From the NCBI GenBank assembly GCA_964252035.1, contig OZ176207.1: a stretch of DNA of 64,000 nt. One strand, 5' to 3'. The position numbers and the translations under genes are program-made. This document shows positions 1 to 13,100 of the stretch, one piece after another. Source of the stretch: Podarcis erhardii. Lineage: Eukaryota. Under the pieces are notes generated by a model, which was not told where the DNA came from, did no database searches, and saw nothing but the letters and a program-made list of their open reading frames with translations. Position 1 is the stretch's first letter. Each line of letters opens with the position of its first letter.

Positions 1-279
1 TGAGTGTAGCATGTACCACTGTTTGGTTTAGTTCACTCTTCTATCCCTGCTGCTGAAAGGGATAGTAGCTGCAAGTCAGAGATGGGTCAGTTCAGATTCC
101 CATCTTTCATATCTTTCAGATTTACCAAACAATAGTCACGTCTTCTTTGTCTTTGACCTCCTTACAGGCCAAACCAAACACTCATTAGCATCTAGAAGTC
201 TCATGTACTACTGATTAGTAAATTCAAATGTGGTTGCTTTTACATGATGGCCTAGTGTAGTGCAGCAGATATACTAGTT

Positions 280-394
280 CAAGGTTTCCCAAACATGGGT
301 CTCCAGCTAGCTGACCGCTGGTCCTCCCTGCTAGCTAGGGATGATGGGAGTTGTAGTCCAAGGGCAGTTGGAGATCCAAGTTTGGGAGACCCTG
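280..394. mobile_element. Palindromic hAT MITE (Charlie-like), internally deleted
   Basis: Termini caaggtttcccaaac...gtttgggagaccctg; perfect 8-bp TSD tactagtt (272-279 and 395-402); shares the gggatgatgggagttgtagtcc core with other copies. Confidence 0.85.
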
Positions 395-402
395 TACTAG
401 TT

Positions 403-525
403 GGTTATGGCATGTCAGATCCAGGTTCAAATTGCAATTTAGCCACAAGCTAACTGGGTGGTCTTGGTTACTTATGTCTTCATTCATTATCTAGTTATGG
501 TGATACAGTAAGGATGATAAAAATC
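403..525 (+). mobile_element. Degenerate tRNA-derived SINE (MIR/Ther1-derived, Squam3-like)
   Basis: ccaggttcaaatt B-box-like motif followed by aagctaactgggtggtcttgg, as in the 42113 and 62176 copies. Confidence 0.5.
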
Positions 526-909
526 TGGTGGTGAAGGCTGTTAATATGACAATGGTAATAATTGAATACCATATTTAGTTTCTTTTGTTGCATAGCAGAC
601 CAACACATGATATAAAACTTGCTGCAGTTCATGAGACTAATATTACACACGAACATACGTTTTGAGTGTTCAGTCAGCAGAAAAATGCCCTAATAAAGGT
701 ACAATATGTACCAGTTTATAGCTTAACTTGTTATTGATGGGCTACCCTATTAACTAAAAGCATAGCAATTATTTTATCATAGTTTGTGCACACAAGGACT
801 GCTCTAAAATAGTATCTGCCCTTGAGAAGGTTTTTTTAAACAAGATTTTAAAGATCATAGAAAAGCTGCACATTAAAGAAGTCTGCTTCCTCTGTTCTTG
901 TTCTTCTAG

Positions 910-1012
910 CACCGTCTATGCCACCTTATGAACTGGAAACACCTTTAAATCAGACAGACAGTACTGTAACTGTTACACTGAAACCTGCACAGAGCAGAGG
1001 AGCTCCAGTCAG
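910..1012 (+). CDS. PTPRM: PTPRM coding exon (103 nt, start of FNIII-4 region): (A)[33 protein letters not shown](S)
   Basis: Polypyrimidine tract + ag at 908-909; AG|gtatga donor at 1013. Phase 1 in, phase 2 out, joining 22693 as AG+T=Ser. The peptide matches my recollection of human [41 protein letters not shown]. Confidence 0.96.
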
Positions 1013-1523
1013 GTATGATGGTATTGGGGAAGCTTTACAAAATTAAAATTAAATCTATTAATTTATTGGCAGTGTTTCCTAGTGACTTTTTTTCTAACTT
1101 AGCAATCTGTGTTTAAATCCATATTTATGTTATCTCTAATTCAATTAAATAAGAAACAAGAAAGAAAGTCCTTTGATATGGAGTGTTTAGGAATTGTGTA
1201 GAGGATTTCAAAGCTTAGTCTTTGAAAATAAGGAACAAAGCTGCAATGTTGTTGTGTGGGTGGCTTCTTCTATAAGGTAATTGCTTACTGCAGTGTTATG
1301 AGTTCAAGGGTACATCATTATTTTTATCCTCTACTACTGTGTTTTCAATAAGAACTCCTGTGGGCTTAATCATCATTATTTCAGGTAATCAGCTGAGACA
1401 ATTTAGGAGATTTAAAAACTAAAATCTGTCATCATCAAGACAAAAAGAAAAAATATATATACTTGTAACAAAACAAAACAAAACAAAAATCTTGCTAGTC
1501 CAGAATTTACAGCTACTTCACTT

Positions 1524-1760
1524 GGGAACTAATGTAGCATGGTGACTAAGAGGCTGAGCTATGAATCAGTATATTCTTGTTCTCACCTTTATGACAAATT
1601 CACTATGGTCTTGGGCAAGCCAGCCTCTCATCAAAATGGGGATAATAATATCAACTTGTATTATAGGCTTTGTGTAAGGGTTACAGCAAAATAAATACAT
1701 CAAGCATTTTGCAAAGTCAAAATAATGATTAAGTTTCTCTATAACAGTGTCTATATACAA
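1524..1760 (+). mobile_element. Old MIR/CORE-type SINE
   Basis: gtagcatggtgactaagag A-box-like head, then cttgggcaagc and aaaatggggataataata, typical of the MIR core. Confidence 0.6.
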
Positions 1761-2519
1761 GCAGAACAGAATTTCATTTGCACAACAAGTGTTCCTCTTG
1801 TCCTTCCACTCACACACTCCCAGTGTGCCCTCAATCCAAAGGGGAGGTTGTAGTGAGCAGAATATTACTATTTATTATATATTATTATTATTATTACTAG
1901 TAGTAATTAAGCAGTTTCCAACTTGCTTTTCATTATCAAGTAGAAGATCCATGTAAATACTTACAGAAAAGGAAATAAAATAGTTGTCATTTGCCAGAGC
2001 CAATACATGTGCCAATTATGTGTACTCAAGCTCTATATATGCTCATTTGTCTTTTTGACGTCAAGTAAAATTACCAGATGGAATTCAGGATGCCACACAG
2101 CTAAAGTTCACATTGCCATAGTAAGGAGAAGGAAACATCAATCCAAAATCACTGCCCAGCTGTATTGTGTTTCTTCTTTGCTAATTAGCAGTTTATGCTT
2201 GGAGCTGTGGGCTAACTTGCTTCAGCTGCCCTCCTTCCCACGTTCAGGGTGTTGAAAATGAAATAAGAAGCTGTGGGTTCAGTTGCAGGTGAAGAGTCAT
2301 GGAGACTAAATAGTTCTGAGAAACATTTTGTTCCCAATTAGGTACTATGTAAGTATGTGGTTTTAATTCTCATACTCATCATGGACTTGTGAAATATGGT
2401 GTTTATTTGCATATGGTTTGTCCTGCATTTATTTTGACAAAATGCAGCTTCAGAGGTCCAAGATTCATTTAACAGGTCCTGCACGACAGGGCTTTCCCCA
2501 TTGTCCTCTCCCAACTTGC

Positions 2520-2622
2520 CCTTGCCCAAACTCACATCATCCCTAGCTAACAGGACCAGAGGTCAGGGATGATGGGAGTCGTAGTCCCAAAACATCTGGT
2601 GGGCCGAGTTTGCCTATGGCTG
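2520..2622. mobile_element. hAT MITE copy, left arm partly deleted
   Basis: catcatccctagctaacaggaccagaggtcagggatgatgggagtcgtagtcccaaaacatctggtgggccgagtttgcctatggctg is near-identical to the 36067 copy. Confidence 0.8.
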
Positions 2623-2854
2623 GGTTGGAAGAACCCCAGAAAAGTGCCTAGGGGGAGGAGAGTGGAGGTGGTTCCATCAGGCAAGCAAACAGCTTGTGCT
2701 GATGGAGCAATCTCCTTAGCACTATGTTAAATGTTTCCTAGGGCTGCAAACTAAAGCGGAAGGCCTACACAGGTTCTCCTCAAAATGAATTTTTTTTTTC
2801 TATAAAGAAATAGCTGTCCAGTTTTTTTGTGACACGCGGTTGCATGTAAATTAG

Positions 2855-3118
2855 GTGAAAGACTGGCACTTAGGCAAGACCAATGGATTCAAGTTACAAG
2901 AAAGGAGATTCTGACTAAACATTAGGAAGAACTTTCTCACAGTAAGAACTGTTTGATGATGGAATGGACTCCCTCAGGAGATTATGGACTCTCCTTCATT
3001 GGAGGTTTTTAAGCAGAGGCAATCTGTCGTGGATGCTTTAGTTGAGATTCCTACATTGCAGGGGGTTGGACAGGATGACTGTCAGGGTCCCTTCCAACTC
3101 TACAATTTTATGATTCTA
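2855..3118 (+). mobile_element. CR1 LINE 3' end (5'-truncated)
   Basis: ORF2 C-terminal remnant (attaggaagaactttctcacagtaaga; DSPSLEVFKQR), then the 3' UTR gggggttggac..gatgac...gtcccttccaactcta and an attctatg-like tail. Confidence 0.9.
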
Positions 3119-4390
3119 AGACATGATTTCTTATCCTCAGGATCAAAAGTAAAAACTTTTTTTGTTATACTGTATATTGTTCTGAAATGTTTGCAACACA
3201 CTTCATGCTCAGCACAAGTCTCTTTGAAATGGACAGAAAGGAGAGAAGAACACCATATTTGTGTTTGTTCAAAGTAAGAGAAGTACCCAATAGATGTTTT
3301 TCTTAATCTGTATTCATCGTAGGGTAGAAAAATGTAGCTGTACTTTATTTATGCACTTCACTAAGTGCAATAGCAGTCTATTGATTATGCTGTAACCACC
3401 CAGCATGGTTAATGCAGATTCTTGGAACTGCGCTAAACTTTTCAGTGTAAATGATTGTTGTCGTTTTATTGATCAACACATCAGCTCTGTCACATAAAAA
3501 TCTTTAATTCTTCTGATGGATAGAGGGAGAAAGGGAGAGAGAGAGTAAGCACAAATTCTAGCACATTACTGCCAAGGATTGCTTGTTTTACAGCTTTGCC
3601 ACCTTTCCTCTTTACACTTGGGGCAAATATAGAATAAGAATCTGGCTTTCTATTTTAACCTTGTTTGGATCCAGTCCATTACAATTAGACTTGCAACTTA
3701 TTCAATAAATTATTGCTAGGAAGCATGACTTGTTTAAATGAAGTCAAATTTATATAAATCTTCTGGAATCATTTGTTATCAGTTAATGAAAAGTGAACAT
3801 AAATCCAGAAAACCAAACTGTCCATTAGATTTTGGAAGCATAGCTTCATTGATTATTGCAATATTTATTAACAGAGATACAATATAGCCAAATAGCATGA
3901 AGTTATGTGACTGTAAAATCTATAATTTTGGGTAATTAGTTTTAGAAAGTGAATGAAATTAGACTCCTTTAATTTGATAATGCATTCATACATACTATTA
4001 AATTACAGTTCGGTTTTGTTTTTAGAATAATTTCAAAATATAGGCTTTCCTCCCTTTTTTAAACATCTAAACTTATCTGGACCCTTTGTTCTTTTCAGGA
4101 GTATATATTTTATCCTAAATTATTACTGTCAATTCATTGTTACGGTCATTTGACAATACTTATCCAACTCATACAAAATGCAAATGCATCTTAAAACAAA
4201 GGTTGAAGGGTTTCTTTGGAAATAATTATTCCAGAAAGGAAAAATTTTTAGTAGTATAATGCTAGAACCATAATATTTGACCCGTACTCTGTTGTTGGGT
4301 ACTGGTACTTGAATTTCGGTCAGATATCTAGTTTTTAGGTAGCCCTTCAGATCAACAATTCCATAAAACTGTAGCATAATTGAATTTTTT

Positions 4391-4720
4391 TAGAGCAGCC
4401 AAGAACCAGGTTGTGCTCTGCACTTGTAGTGCCTCCTCTTGTTGCTGCACATGCAGCACTGAAGTGACCTTTCTGGGGCACAAGTCTGGGCTGTGTGTAT
4501 GGAGCTCCTGGGCTGCCCAGAGGACAAGACCCCCCCCCCCATCTCAGCCTCACTGATGTGGTCCAAGGGAAAATGGAACAATGCATTTGGCACCAACTGG
4601 GCTATAGGAGTTGGTGGAAAGTGGCATACAAGATGTCATTCAGCCTTCATAGGCACTCCACTCCAGATTTGTGTGGGGTTTACTCCTTACCTTTTCTTTT
4701 CCTTAAGAAAGTGCCTCCTG
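4391..4720. mobile_element. Interspersed repeat fragment, possibly a non-LTR (RTE-type) UTR
   Basis: GC-richer block (ctgggctgtgtgtatggagctcctgggctgcccagaggacaagacc...) recognised as recurrent lizard repeat sequence; class not established from the sequence. Confidence 0.35.
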
Positions 4721-5747
4721 TATTGTTCCATAGATCTGGGTTCAAGGGTATGTGTCTGTTTCTAGTACCTCCCTTTCTCCCTGCCTTCACCAGATTCATT
4801 TCAGCAACTGAGCATTACACTGTGCCTGTTGTTTTGTAGATATCCTTACATTGGCAGTGCACGTGACTCATATGATCGGCACCCACTGCAGCTTTACTCA
4901 GCTGTAACTAATGCACAGTGGACTTGTACAGTTGGCTCTCTTCTGTAGACTTTAATATGAAGCTTAACTGAACAGCAGGATATCCTCCTCAGATTGATAT
5001 GGCAGTTCTGTAGGCATTTGCATGATTTTGGAAACTGTCACGTCCTTATCAAATTATCCTGTTCCATAGCCTTCTTGATTTAAGAGACAAAAGTTGTAGT
5101 TTAGTGTTCCTATCTCTTTCCATGCCAGGATTGCACTTTTAGACAGTGCAGGCATATCTGTCAACTTCAGTGCTATTGCTCAATACTGAGTAATTGCCAG
5201 TTTGTGCAGGCTCACTGCTCAGGCGTGAGGGGAAAGACTTACTGAGTGATAACTGTCACACGTAGATGTAAATAATAGTAGTGAGATCTAGATTATAGCA
5301 GGCACTGTGTAGTGAAGGAGGTGGGCAACTTCCAGTTTCTAACACATATCTACGACTTCCCCGATAAACAGTTTCAGGCAGTGCCTATCCATGTGGTAAA
5401 ACTGTTCCTGGGTAGTAATACTGTATGTAGGCTGTATATTACTGAATGCCCCTTGCCCAAATCACCAAATCCATATACATAGAAAGTGAGGGAAGGCATG
5501 TAGGACCTTTCTTCCTGACATCATATTTACTATATACAATGAGTGTTTTAAAAGTGAGGAGCATTTAGCTGGGAGATTCCCACCAACTACAGTGAGAAGT
5601 GACGCAGTCCTGTTAGACAGTGATACTATATGTTGAGCTGTTTGTATAGCAGTAATAATTATTATTAACATAACATAACTTAATATAACACAACACAGGG
5701 TGAGCCTCTGGATGTTCATCAGCATTTCATTCCAAAGTGGAAGCACT

Positions 5748-5850
5748 GGGCTGGATTCAACTACATAGTTGGACTAGCATGAGTTCTGCTAGCATAATGG
5801 GGCTTCCCTCCCTCTTTTCCTCATTTGCCCCTCACATAAGCTCTGGGAGG
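5748..5850. mobile_element. PIF/Harbinger-like MITE relic
   Basis: gggctggattcaacta terminus resembling that of 59921-60091. Confidence 0.35.
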
Positions 5851-5984
5851 TTGGGAGAACCATCAGAACAGCATGTTGGGTAGGAGAAGAGTGATGCTTC
5901 CATCTAGCCAGCAGAAATGCTTGTGCAGACAGAACAATTGTAATAGCACAGTGTTGAATCCCACATACTGATAGTGTTCTAAAG

Positions 5985-6120
5985 CAGGGGTAGCCAACAT
6001 GGTGCCTTCCAGATGTTTTGAACTAAAATTCCTATCAGCCCCAGCCAGCATGACCAATGGTCAAGGATGGTGGGAACTTTAGTCCACAACATCTGGAGAG
6101 TAGCAAGCGGGCTATGCCTA
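5985..6120. mobile_element. hAT MITE (Charlie-like), diverged
   Basis: caggggtagcc...ggctatgccta termini, internal palindrome, left flank ttctaaag. Confidence 0.7.
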
Positions 6121-6950
6121 AATCTTTAAACATTAACTTGGAATATTCTTATATGAGACTGCAGTAAACATACAATATATATTTTTTTAAAAATTGTAGA
6201 GTTTTCTTAATACTTTTGTTGTTGTGGTCACAGAATAGCACTAAAGTTATCCATATACTTTTGAATTAAACCCATGACCTGTTTGTGCCTATGCATGGTA
6301 ATAATTGTTACCTTATTTGGAAATATTTGTATATTTTTAAAAACATCATAGCACCACAAGGCTGGAGTTATGGCAAAAAATTTTTTTTTTTTACATTTGC
6401 ATGTTTGTCATTATTTTTGACAGACATTATTTAGGGTTCTGTAAAGTTATCGCCTTGCAAGGTAAACTACAGGGTCATCTGCTATTACTGTCAGCAAACT
6501 GTTTCTGAATTATAGCTTTACAACGTATACAATAACCCAAACCATGGTTAGGCAAGTATGTGATATAGAAGTGATGGAGCTTTATTGATGTCCATAATTT
6601 TCACGCTTTTATGGCAAACAAGAATTCTTATTTATGGCCAAACAGTCAATTCCAGTTACACTGAAGGAACAGTGCAGTAATTGCTTGCATTGTAAAATAT
6701 TGTAATTCATTTTTGTTATGTAATAGAACTTGTCCTTGAATTTCAAAGTGACTGGAATTAACTTTTTTTTAGGGGGGGAATGCAGATTAAGTATGATATG
6801 TGTGTCACAATGACTTGTTGGGAAAGTTACATGACTATTCCTGTGCACATTTTCTCACACTATTCATGGAAAACAACATGAAAAATTTTTGGTAGCTTGC
6901 TCTCAAATCCTATAGCAAGAGACTTATTAAAATAAGTGGTAATTAGAATA

Positions 6951-7192
6951 CAGTGGTACCTCTGGTTACGTACTTAATTCATTCCGGAGGTTTGTTCTTA
7001 ACCTGAAACTGTTCTTAACCTGAGGTACCACTTTAGCTAATGGGGCCTTCTGCTGCTGCCACGCCGCTGGCGTGCAATTTCTGTTCTCACCCTGAGGTAA
7101 AGTTATTAACCTGAGGTACTACTTCTGGGTTAGCAGAGTTTGTAACCCGAAGTGTTTGTAACCTGAAGCATTTGTAACCCGAGGTACGACTG
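6951..7192. mobile_element. Tc1/mariner (Tigger/pogo-like) MITE, family A, 242 bp
   Basis: TIR cagtggtacctc...gaggtacgactg with TA on both sides; colinear with and the same length as 50271-50512. Confidence 0.9.
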
Positions 7193-8287
7193 TATCTGAA
7201 TTGGTGCTAGGGGGAAAACGCCCCCAAACAGACTTTAGAGCAGGGATGGGGAACTGTTGACCAATGGCTGGATCCAGCTCCTGGTCTCCTTTCCTCAGCT
7301 CACCTCAAGAAAAAAGCCAACTCATGCGGCGGTAACACAAATAATTTGTTCAAACAGAAGCTTTCCTCCTGGACCCACATTGCCTCCCAGGAGGCAATTT
7401 TCATGCAGGCAACTGCAGAGGGAAACATTGACCATGAAACACTTAAGCTTAGATGAAGATTCCCACTTGTTTGAGCAGGAATGTTTTTCTAAGCAGCATT
7501 TATTTCTTTGTTTTTGTAAGTCAGCAAACCTTAGGGTAAGCCCAGTTTTCCTTCCCTAATGATACTGTCTTGGCTTCAAAAGGATTGGCAATTGGATAAA
7601 AATATGATAAACTCCCCCCCCCCCAGCCAGTGGGTGCCATCATCTTTTGTTCATTTGTGGCACATTTGTCCATTTGTGCTATGGACATGCTAGATTCAAG
7701 AACAAAAATCTGGCAAATATCATTTTCATGATTAGCTTAGAATTTTAATAAGATTTATCACCACAAATGTGTATGCCTTTTACTCCTGCACATAAAGGTA
7801 TGATTCCTTCCGCACCTGTACCCCCAACCCTTTTCTTACTTGTGTGAAGAAGGTTAGAAGTTCATAAGGTGTTTTGCTCATCTGAATATGATATAATTCA
7901 GTAAATGAGTATGTACAATGAATGTACTGGTGATTCTGTAGGTAGATTTTGAGGATCTAAACCTTGGAAATTTCACTGATACCAAGCTTCACTTGATGCA
8001 CAGGAAACATGAAGGAATTGTGTTTCAGAGCACAGTTGTACGTTGTATAACACTGATATCCATGAAACGAATACACCCATAAAAGTGGAGATGAATCTTA
8101 TATCAGTGGTACAGAACATCAGAAAGTCCTAGGTTGAATCTCTGGCATGAGCGGGGGCTTAGAAAGAATGATTATCCATTCTGAGTTAGACAACTGGATG
8201 GAGCAGTGGTATGATTCAGCTTCCAATGTATTGTATTCATTTAGTGTCCCAGCACTGGCAGAAAGCTCTTTGATCCTGTGGAAGAGG

Positions 8288-8604
8288 TAAAGGTAAAGGA
8301 CCCCTGACAGTTTAAGTCCAGTTACAGGTTGCAGTGCTCATCTCGCTTTACTGGCCAAGGGAGCCGGCGTTTGTCCGCAGACAGTTTTTCTGGTGAAACC
8401 AGAGCAGCGCACAGAAACACCTTTTACCTTCCCGCCGGAGCGGTACCTATTTATCTACTTTGACGTGCTTTTGAACTGCTAGGTTGGCAGGAGGTGGAAC
8501 CGAGCAACAGGAGCTCACCCCTTTTGGGGGGATTTGAACTGCTGATCTTCCGATCGGCAAGCCCTGGGCTCAGTGGTTTAGACCACAGCGCCACCCGCGT
8601 CCCG
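8288..8604 (-). mobile_element. Sauria SINE
   Basis: Minus strand begins gggacgcgggtggcgctgtggtctaaaccac (tRNA-derived head) and ends in the (accttt)n tail; 13-bp TSD cctgtggaagagg (8275-8287 and 8605-8617). Confidence 0.92.
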
Positions 8605-8642
8605 CCTGTGGAAGAGGGACCGAGGTAATTTAGAATTATAAT

Positions 8643-8812
8643 AATTTGCCTTACACTGAATCAAGCCATTGGGTCCACCTAGCTCAGTAGTGCTTGCATT
8701 GACCAGCAGCAGCTCTCCATGGCTTTAGACAGGGAGTCTCTCCCAGTTCTGCCTGCAGAGGCCAGGGATTAAATCTGGAACCTTCTGCTTACACTGCACC
8801 ACTGTGCTACAT
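8643..8812 (-). mobile_element. tRNA-derived SINE (squamate family with ctgggagagactcc body)
   Basis: Minus strand: gtagcacagtgg...cagaaggttccagatttaatccctggc (A/B boxes), ending gattcagtgtaaggcaaatt. Confidence 0.65.
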
Positions 8813-10094
8813 GGGTTGGTAGACCCTTCAGAACAAGGTGAGGGAGAATTGCTGAAAGTCACCTTGATCCACGTTGCACTGACCGAAGCCTCTGCTATAT
8901 CAAAAAGCTTTAATGGAGGGACACAAATTGGATACAACCTTTTGTCCTCAAGATTAAATTTTCTTACATACATGTCATTGAATCACTGAAAAAAGAAGGA
9001 ACAGTGTTTTCCCACATAGAACACTGGGAAAGTCTTCAATTTAATGGCATTTACCATGAAAAAAGACATGGTGTCTTATGGCATTCTAAAGACTAATTTA
9101 ATGAGTTTCTGTTTGCAGAAGCTTACTTCTTAAGGCTGCCTCAAGACTCTATTTTTTTATAGCAGCAGCCTCAAACAAGTAATCCTCTGGAATATTTGCC
9201 ATTAAAACCATCCTCTCTGTAATGCCCTTCACTTCATCTGGAAAATAAATCACTGATATTTCCAATGAGGTTTGTAATTGTAAAATATTGCTAAGCGAAA
9301 GCTAATCTTCTCAACAAGATTATGTATGAGGAAATATTTCAGTCATTTCCTATGCTGTAAGTGGCAAATCTGTAGCAGAAAACATCTGTAAAGCAAAGAT
9401 CTTAGAAACAGAAGGAAGTATAGATTCTCATGGCTTAGCAAGCAACTCCCTCCAATATTATCTGTTACTTCAGCCAGTGATGAGATATCAGCTGTTTCTG
9501 TTGGACTGCATCCTCTTAAGATTTGGTATAGTCCACAATTCATCCCAGAAAAGGTTTTACAGTTAGGACTCCACTTCTGGGTTTTGTTGGTGGGGAGTAG
9601 TTTCCTTGCTATAAAGAAACTTTCCAGTCCTGCAATGTCATTTGCAATTTCTGGAACAGCCAGCTCTTTTGGACTAAAACTCACATTACTCACAACCAAC
9701 ATGGCTAACAGTCAGGAATAGGGATTAAGAATAAATTTGATTAAGTTCACATTTAAAGCCTACAAATTCATACCTTCCGATTCAGTAAGCAAACTGAAAC
9801 AGTTCTTCAGACAAGAGATGTGTACAAAATTGCATGTTACAGTAAAGTGTGCATAAACATGCTTATATTTGTGAAAGGAACACACAAACGTGCATTATAA
9901 TAGAACTGTTTTGCTATACTGGATACAGAAATGTATACATTAAGACAAAATTTTACTAAAATGCAGATTTTTTGGTGAGAACTTTTTAAAAACAAAAATG
10001 AACCACAAACTGATGTGGAAATGTGGCTATATTAACTTAAGATTGGAAAGATGGGAAACCGAGGGAAATCAAAATTGATAGATTGACCCTATTC

Positions 10095-10152
10095 AGGGAC
10101 AATGGGAGTTGTAGACCAAAGCAATTGAATGGCACCAGACTGGGGAAGGGTG
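10095..10152. mobile_element. hAT MITE right arm
   Basis: gggacaatgggagttgtagacc...ggggaagggtg followed by target gtctagac. Confidence 0.6.
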
Positions 10153-13100
10153 GTCTAGACAGATATCATACTAGAAATATTGGGTTGTGTCCAACAAAGT
10201 TGTCTCATTCGTACAACAGAATGTTACCCTCTTCTCTCCCATTCACCCCTGAGGGGAGAGGGAAGTCATTGCACAAACTGGTCAGCTTGGTTGGATACCA
10301 CTCACTGCCCCCAGAAACCTAGATACCTGAAACAATAAATTAGGACAGGGATTCCCAGAGTCTGGTCCACCAGCGGTCCACTAGCTTCATTTAGGTGGCC
10401 AGCAGAGTGTCCGTGACTATGGAATTCAGATTGTAACACAATAAAATAAAATACAATACAATATAAGAAATAAAAGAAGTGATAAAAATACATTAAAAAA
10501 TCATCTGCAACAGACAGAAAAATCATTCAATGGTTCACCAAGACCCCCAGCAATATCCAAGTGGTCTGTGGGGGGAAATGGGTTAGTGAATTTGGTTAAA
10601 AGAGTTACTTTGCCCATACCAAACTACCATTTCAGAGAGTCATCCCTGCCAGTGGATGTACTTGCCAAGCAGGATGCCAGCTTGCCATTTCAAGGTCTGA
10701 ATTCCTCCCATCAAACCCATTGAATGCCTTTGGGAAGGACATCTAGATGCAGAAATGCAAAACCAGATTTTATGTCACTTGTGAAAATTATTCTGTCTCA
10801 GCGTCTCCACTATATTGTTGGGTTATTTCTTCTTCTTTTTTTTTTGTTTTGTTAAAAGAGTGTTGTTTCTCCAGAGTTCAGGGTTACCCCACAAACAAAT
10901 GCTCTTGGCAACCAGAACATTTGAGATTTCAACAATAAGCATAGTTCTTTGTTCTGTTTCTATTTATACCTTAAGCAATTTTCTGTGTTCTTTTAAAAGG
11001 GAGAATTAACCCAAGACATAAAGTAGATTTTAAAACTTTGAAATTATCGTTGCACTGTTGCAAGTGTCAGAAATGTAAATTTGTGCAAAATATGTTTTAT
11101 TTATATGTTCCAAATAAATTGCTGGTGTGTTATAACTTTTAATGAAACCTGCATCGTTATTTGAAAGAACTCTTAAGCTTCAAGAATTCAAATTTCCTGG
11201 AACTAAAAAAACAACAACACCCATCTTTTTCAACATAGTTACACATTACAGATTGCAGCCATGGACAAGATAATAGCTCTTTAACTTTAACAGAGAGTGT
11301 ATGAGACAACTGTTTTGTTTGAAATCAGTGGTTTGTTCAGAGCAAAATAGCTCGTAAGCCACAGTAATTCCATCGAAGTTCATTAAGTTTTGATTCAGAC
11401 AGATAGGACATTGAGCAAGGCTTTTCAAATGTTGGGAAACAGCTACACATCTGTATTCATGTGTGAAATTGAACATGTGACCTTTTCAAATAACCGCTGT
11501 AATAGCTGTGCCTGCTTGCTGTGTAACATTCAAGTTAGGAACTTGCACTTCTGTCTTACGGGAGATGCATGAGCACCTTTAAAATGAAGATATAGGGTGA
11601 AGCAAGCATACATTGTAGAAATCCTATGTAATTTGTAAGCTTATATCTGACCTTTGTTTCAGCAAGACACCCAGCCTATTTACTTGGCTAAGGGGCAAAA
11701 GTACATATGACTATGATTACTTGGCCTTGTTTCACCAATACTCAACATCCTAAAACAAGTTAACTGAATTTCTCAGAAAGTACTAAACCATATACAACCA
11801 AGTATTGTGACTAGGATCTGGAGTTTTGATTAAAAAGGTAGGATCCCCTTGATTCCATGCTACGTCTTCTGCTAGGAGAGCAGAGATAACCTTGTCATTT
11901 GGGGCTCAGCTATTGCCTTTTGCTCTGGATCCTCTTAAGCTTCATAATTCAACGTTAGAACCAATATTTTTAGCTTATGTTTATTCAGTTGACTACGCTT
12001 CTGCACTGTGTGCTTGTTCTGATCAAAAATCAGTTAATAGTCTTAGCTTTTTGGTTTATTAATTTGTTGTGTGCTGATCTGCAGAGATTCTTTTTGACAA
12101 TTCTTTATTTCACGCCACGTTAATGCTGTTCACAGGAGTTCTGTGTACACAATGACTGCTCCCCACTTAAAACGGGGGGCGCCCTTTGCGTGGACGCGTG
12201 CAGCCCTGGATCTGGAGTGGTCCCATCAGCATAGGCTTTTGCCTTCCCTCAGGTGGGATACCTGGAGGTCCCCGCCTACCCCAGTGAGTTGTCCAATCCC
12301 ACCTGGGGGAAGCGTTGCCAGGGAAACCAGGCCAGGTAGGGGGAGGGATTACCTGCCCACACAATAGAGGGTGGATCTTACCTGGTAATCCTCACAAATG
12401 CTTTTGATTTAGCAGAGGCTCCTGTGTATTTTTGCGACTTCCTCTCCAAACCACTGTGCATTTCACATGCTATTCCACCCTAAACCTCTGGAGTAAATTA
12501 TCATAGGGTTGCCAGGGAAGGCAACAAACGTGGAAAAATTATTTGTGTTAAGGCCTTTCTTCAATTTGAAGGGTACCTTGTGTTCTTAGCCAGGCTGTGA
12601 AAGCTGTGAAACTCCCCTATGGGGAGTTGAGTGAGCATAGATTGCAAGTTGGCAATATGAGTCCTGCTGTTCAGTAGCAGAAGTAAGTGTTGACTCTTCA
12701 AGTTTCTAACATACAAATATCAGTTTTACTTATCTAATGAGCTTCTGGGGGTACTCACTGTAGCAGGGGTGGCTAACCCTTTTCCTACTCAGGGGCCACA
12801 TTTAGGTTGGCCAACCATTCCAAGACCATATGCCAGTATGCCTATGCAACTGGTTGTGACCAAACTGGTTGTGTGCATTCGTGCACGCCCACTGGTACAC
12901 AAAGATACACACCACAAGTATAGCACACAAAAACCCACACTGACAGACACACATGAATGCACATAGCTCACGCTTACATTTATTTATTTCTAAATTAATT
13001 CTTACTCACACTTCATTGTTACAAAGAAAATACAACACAGAAATAGATAATTCACAATGCAAACAACCAATAAAACAGTAAGACATAGTAAACTTTGGCA

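Noticed and set aside
9343-9722. 119-aa minus-strand ORF overlapping a long open plus-strand frame
   Set aside because: No splice context, domain motif or recognisable homology; expected by chance in 64 kb.
12140-12380. GC-rich block that looks like an inserted repeat
   Set aside because: No TIR, TSD or family could be identified.
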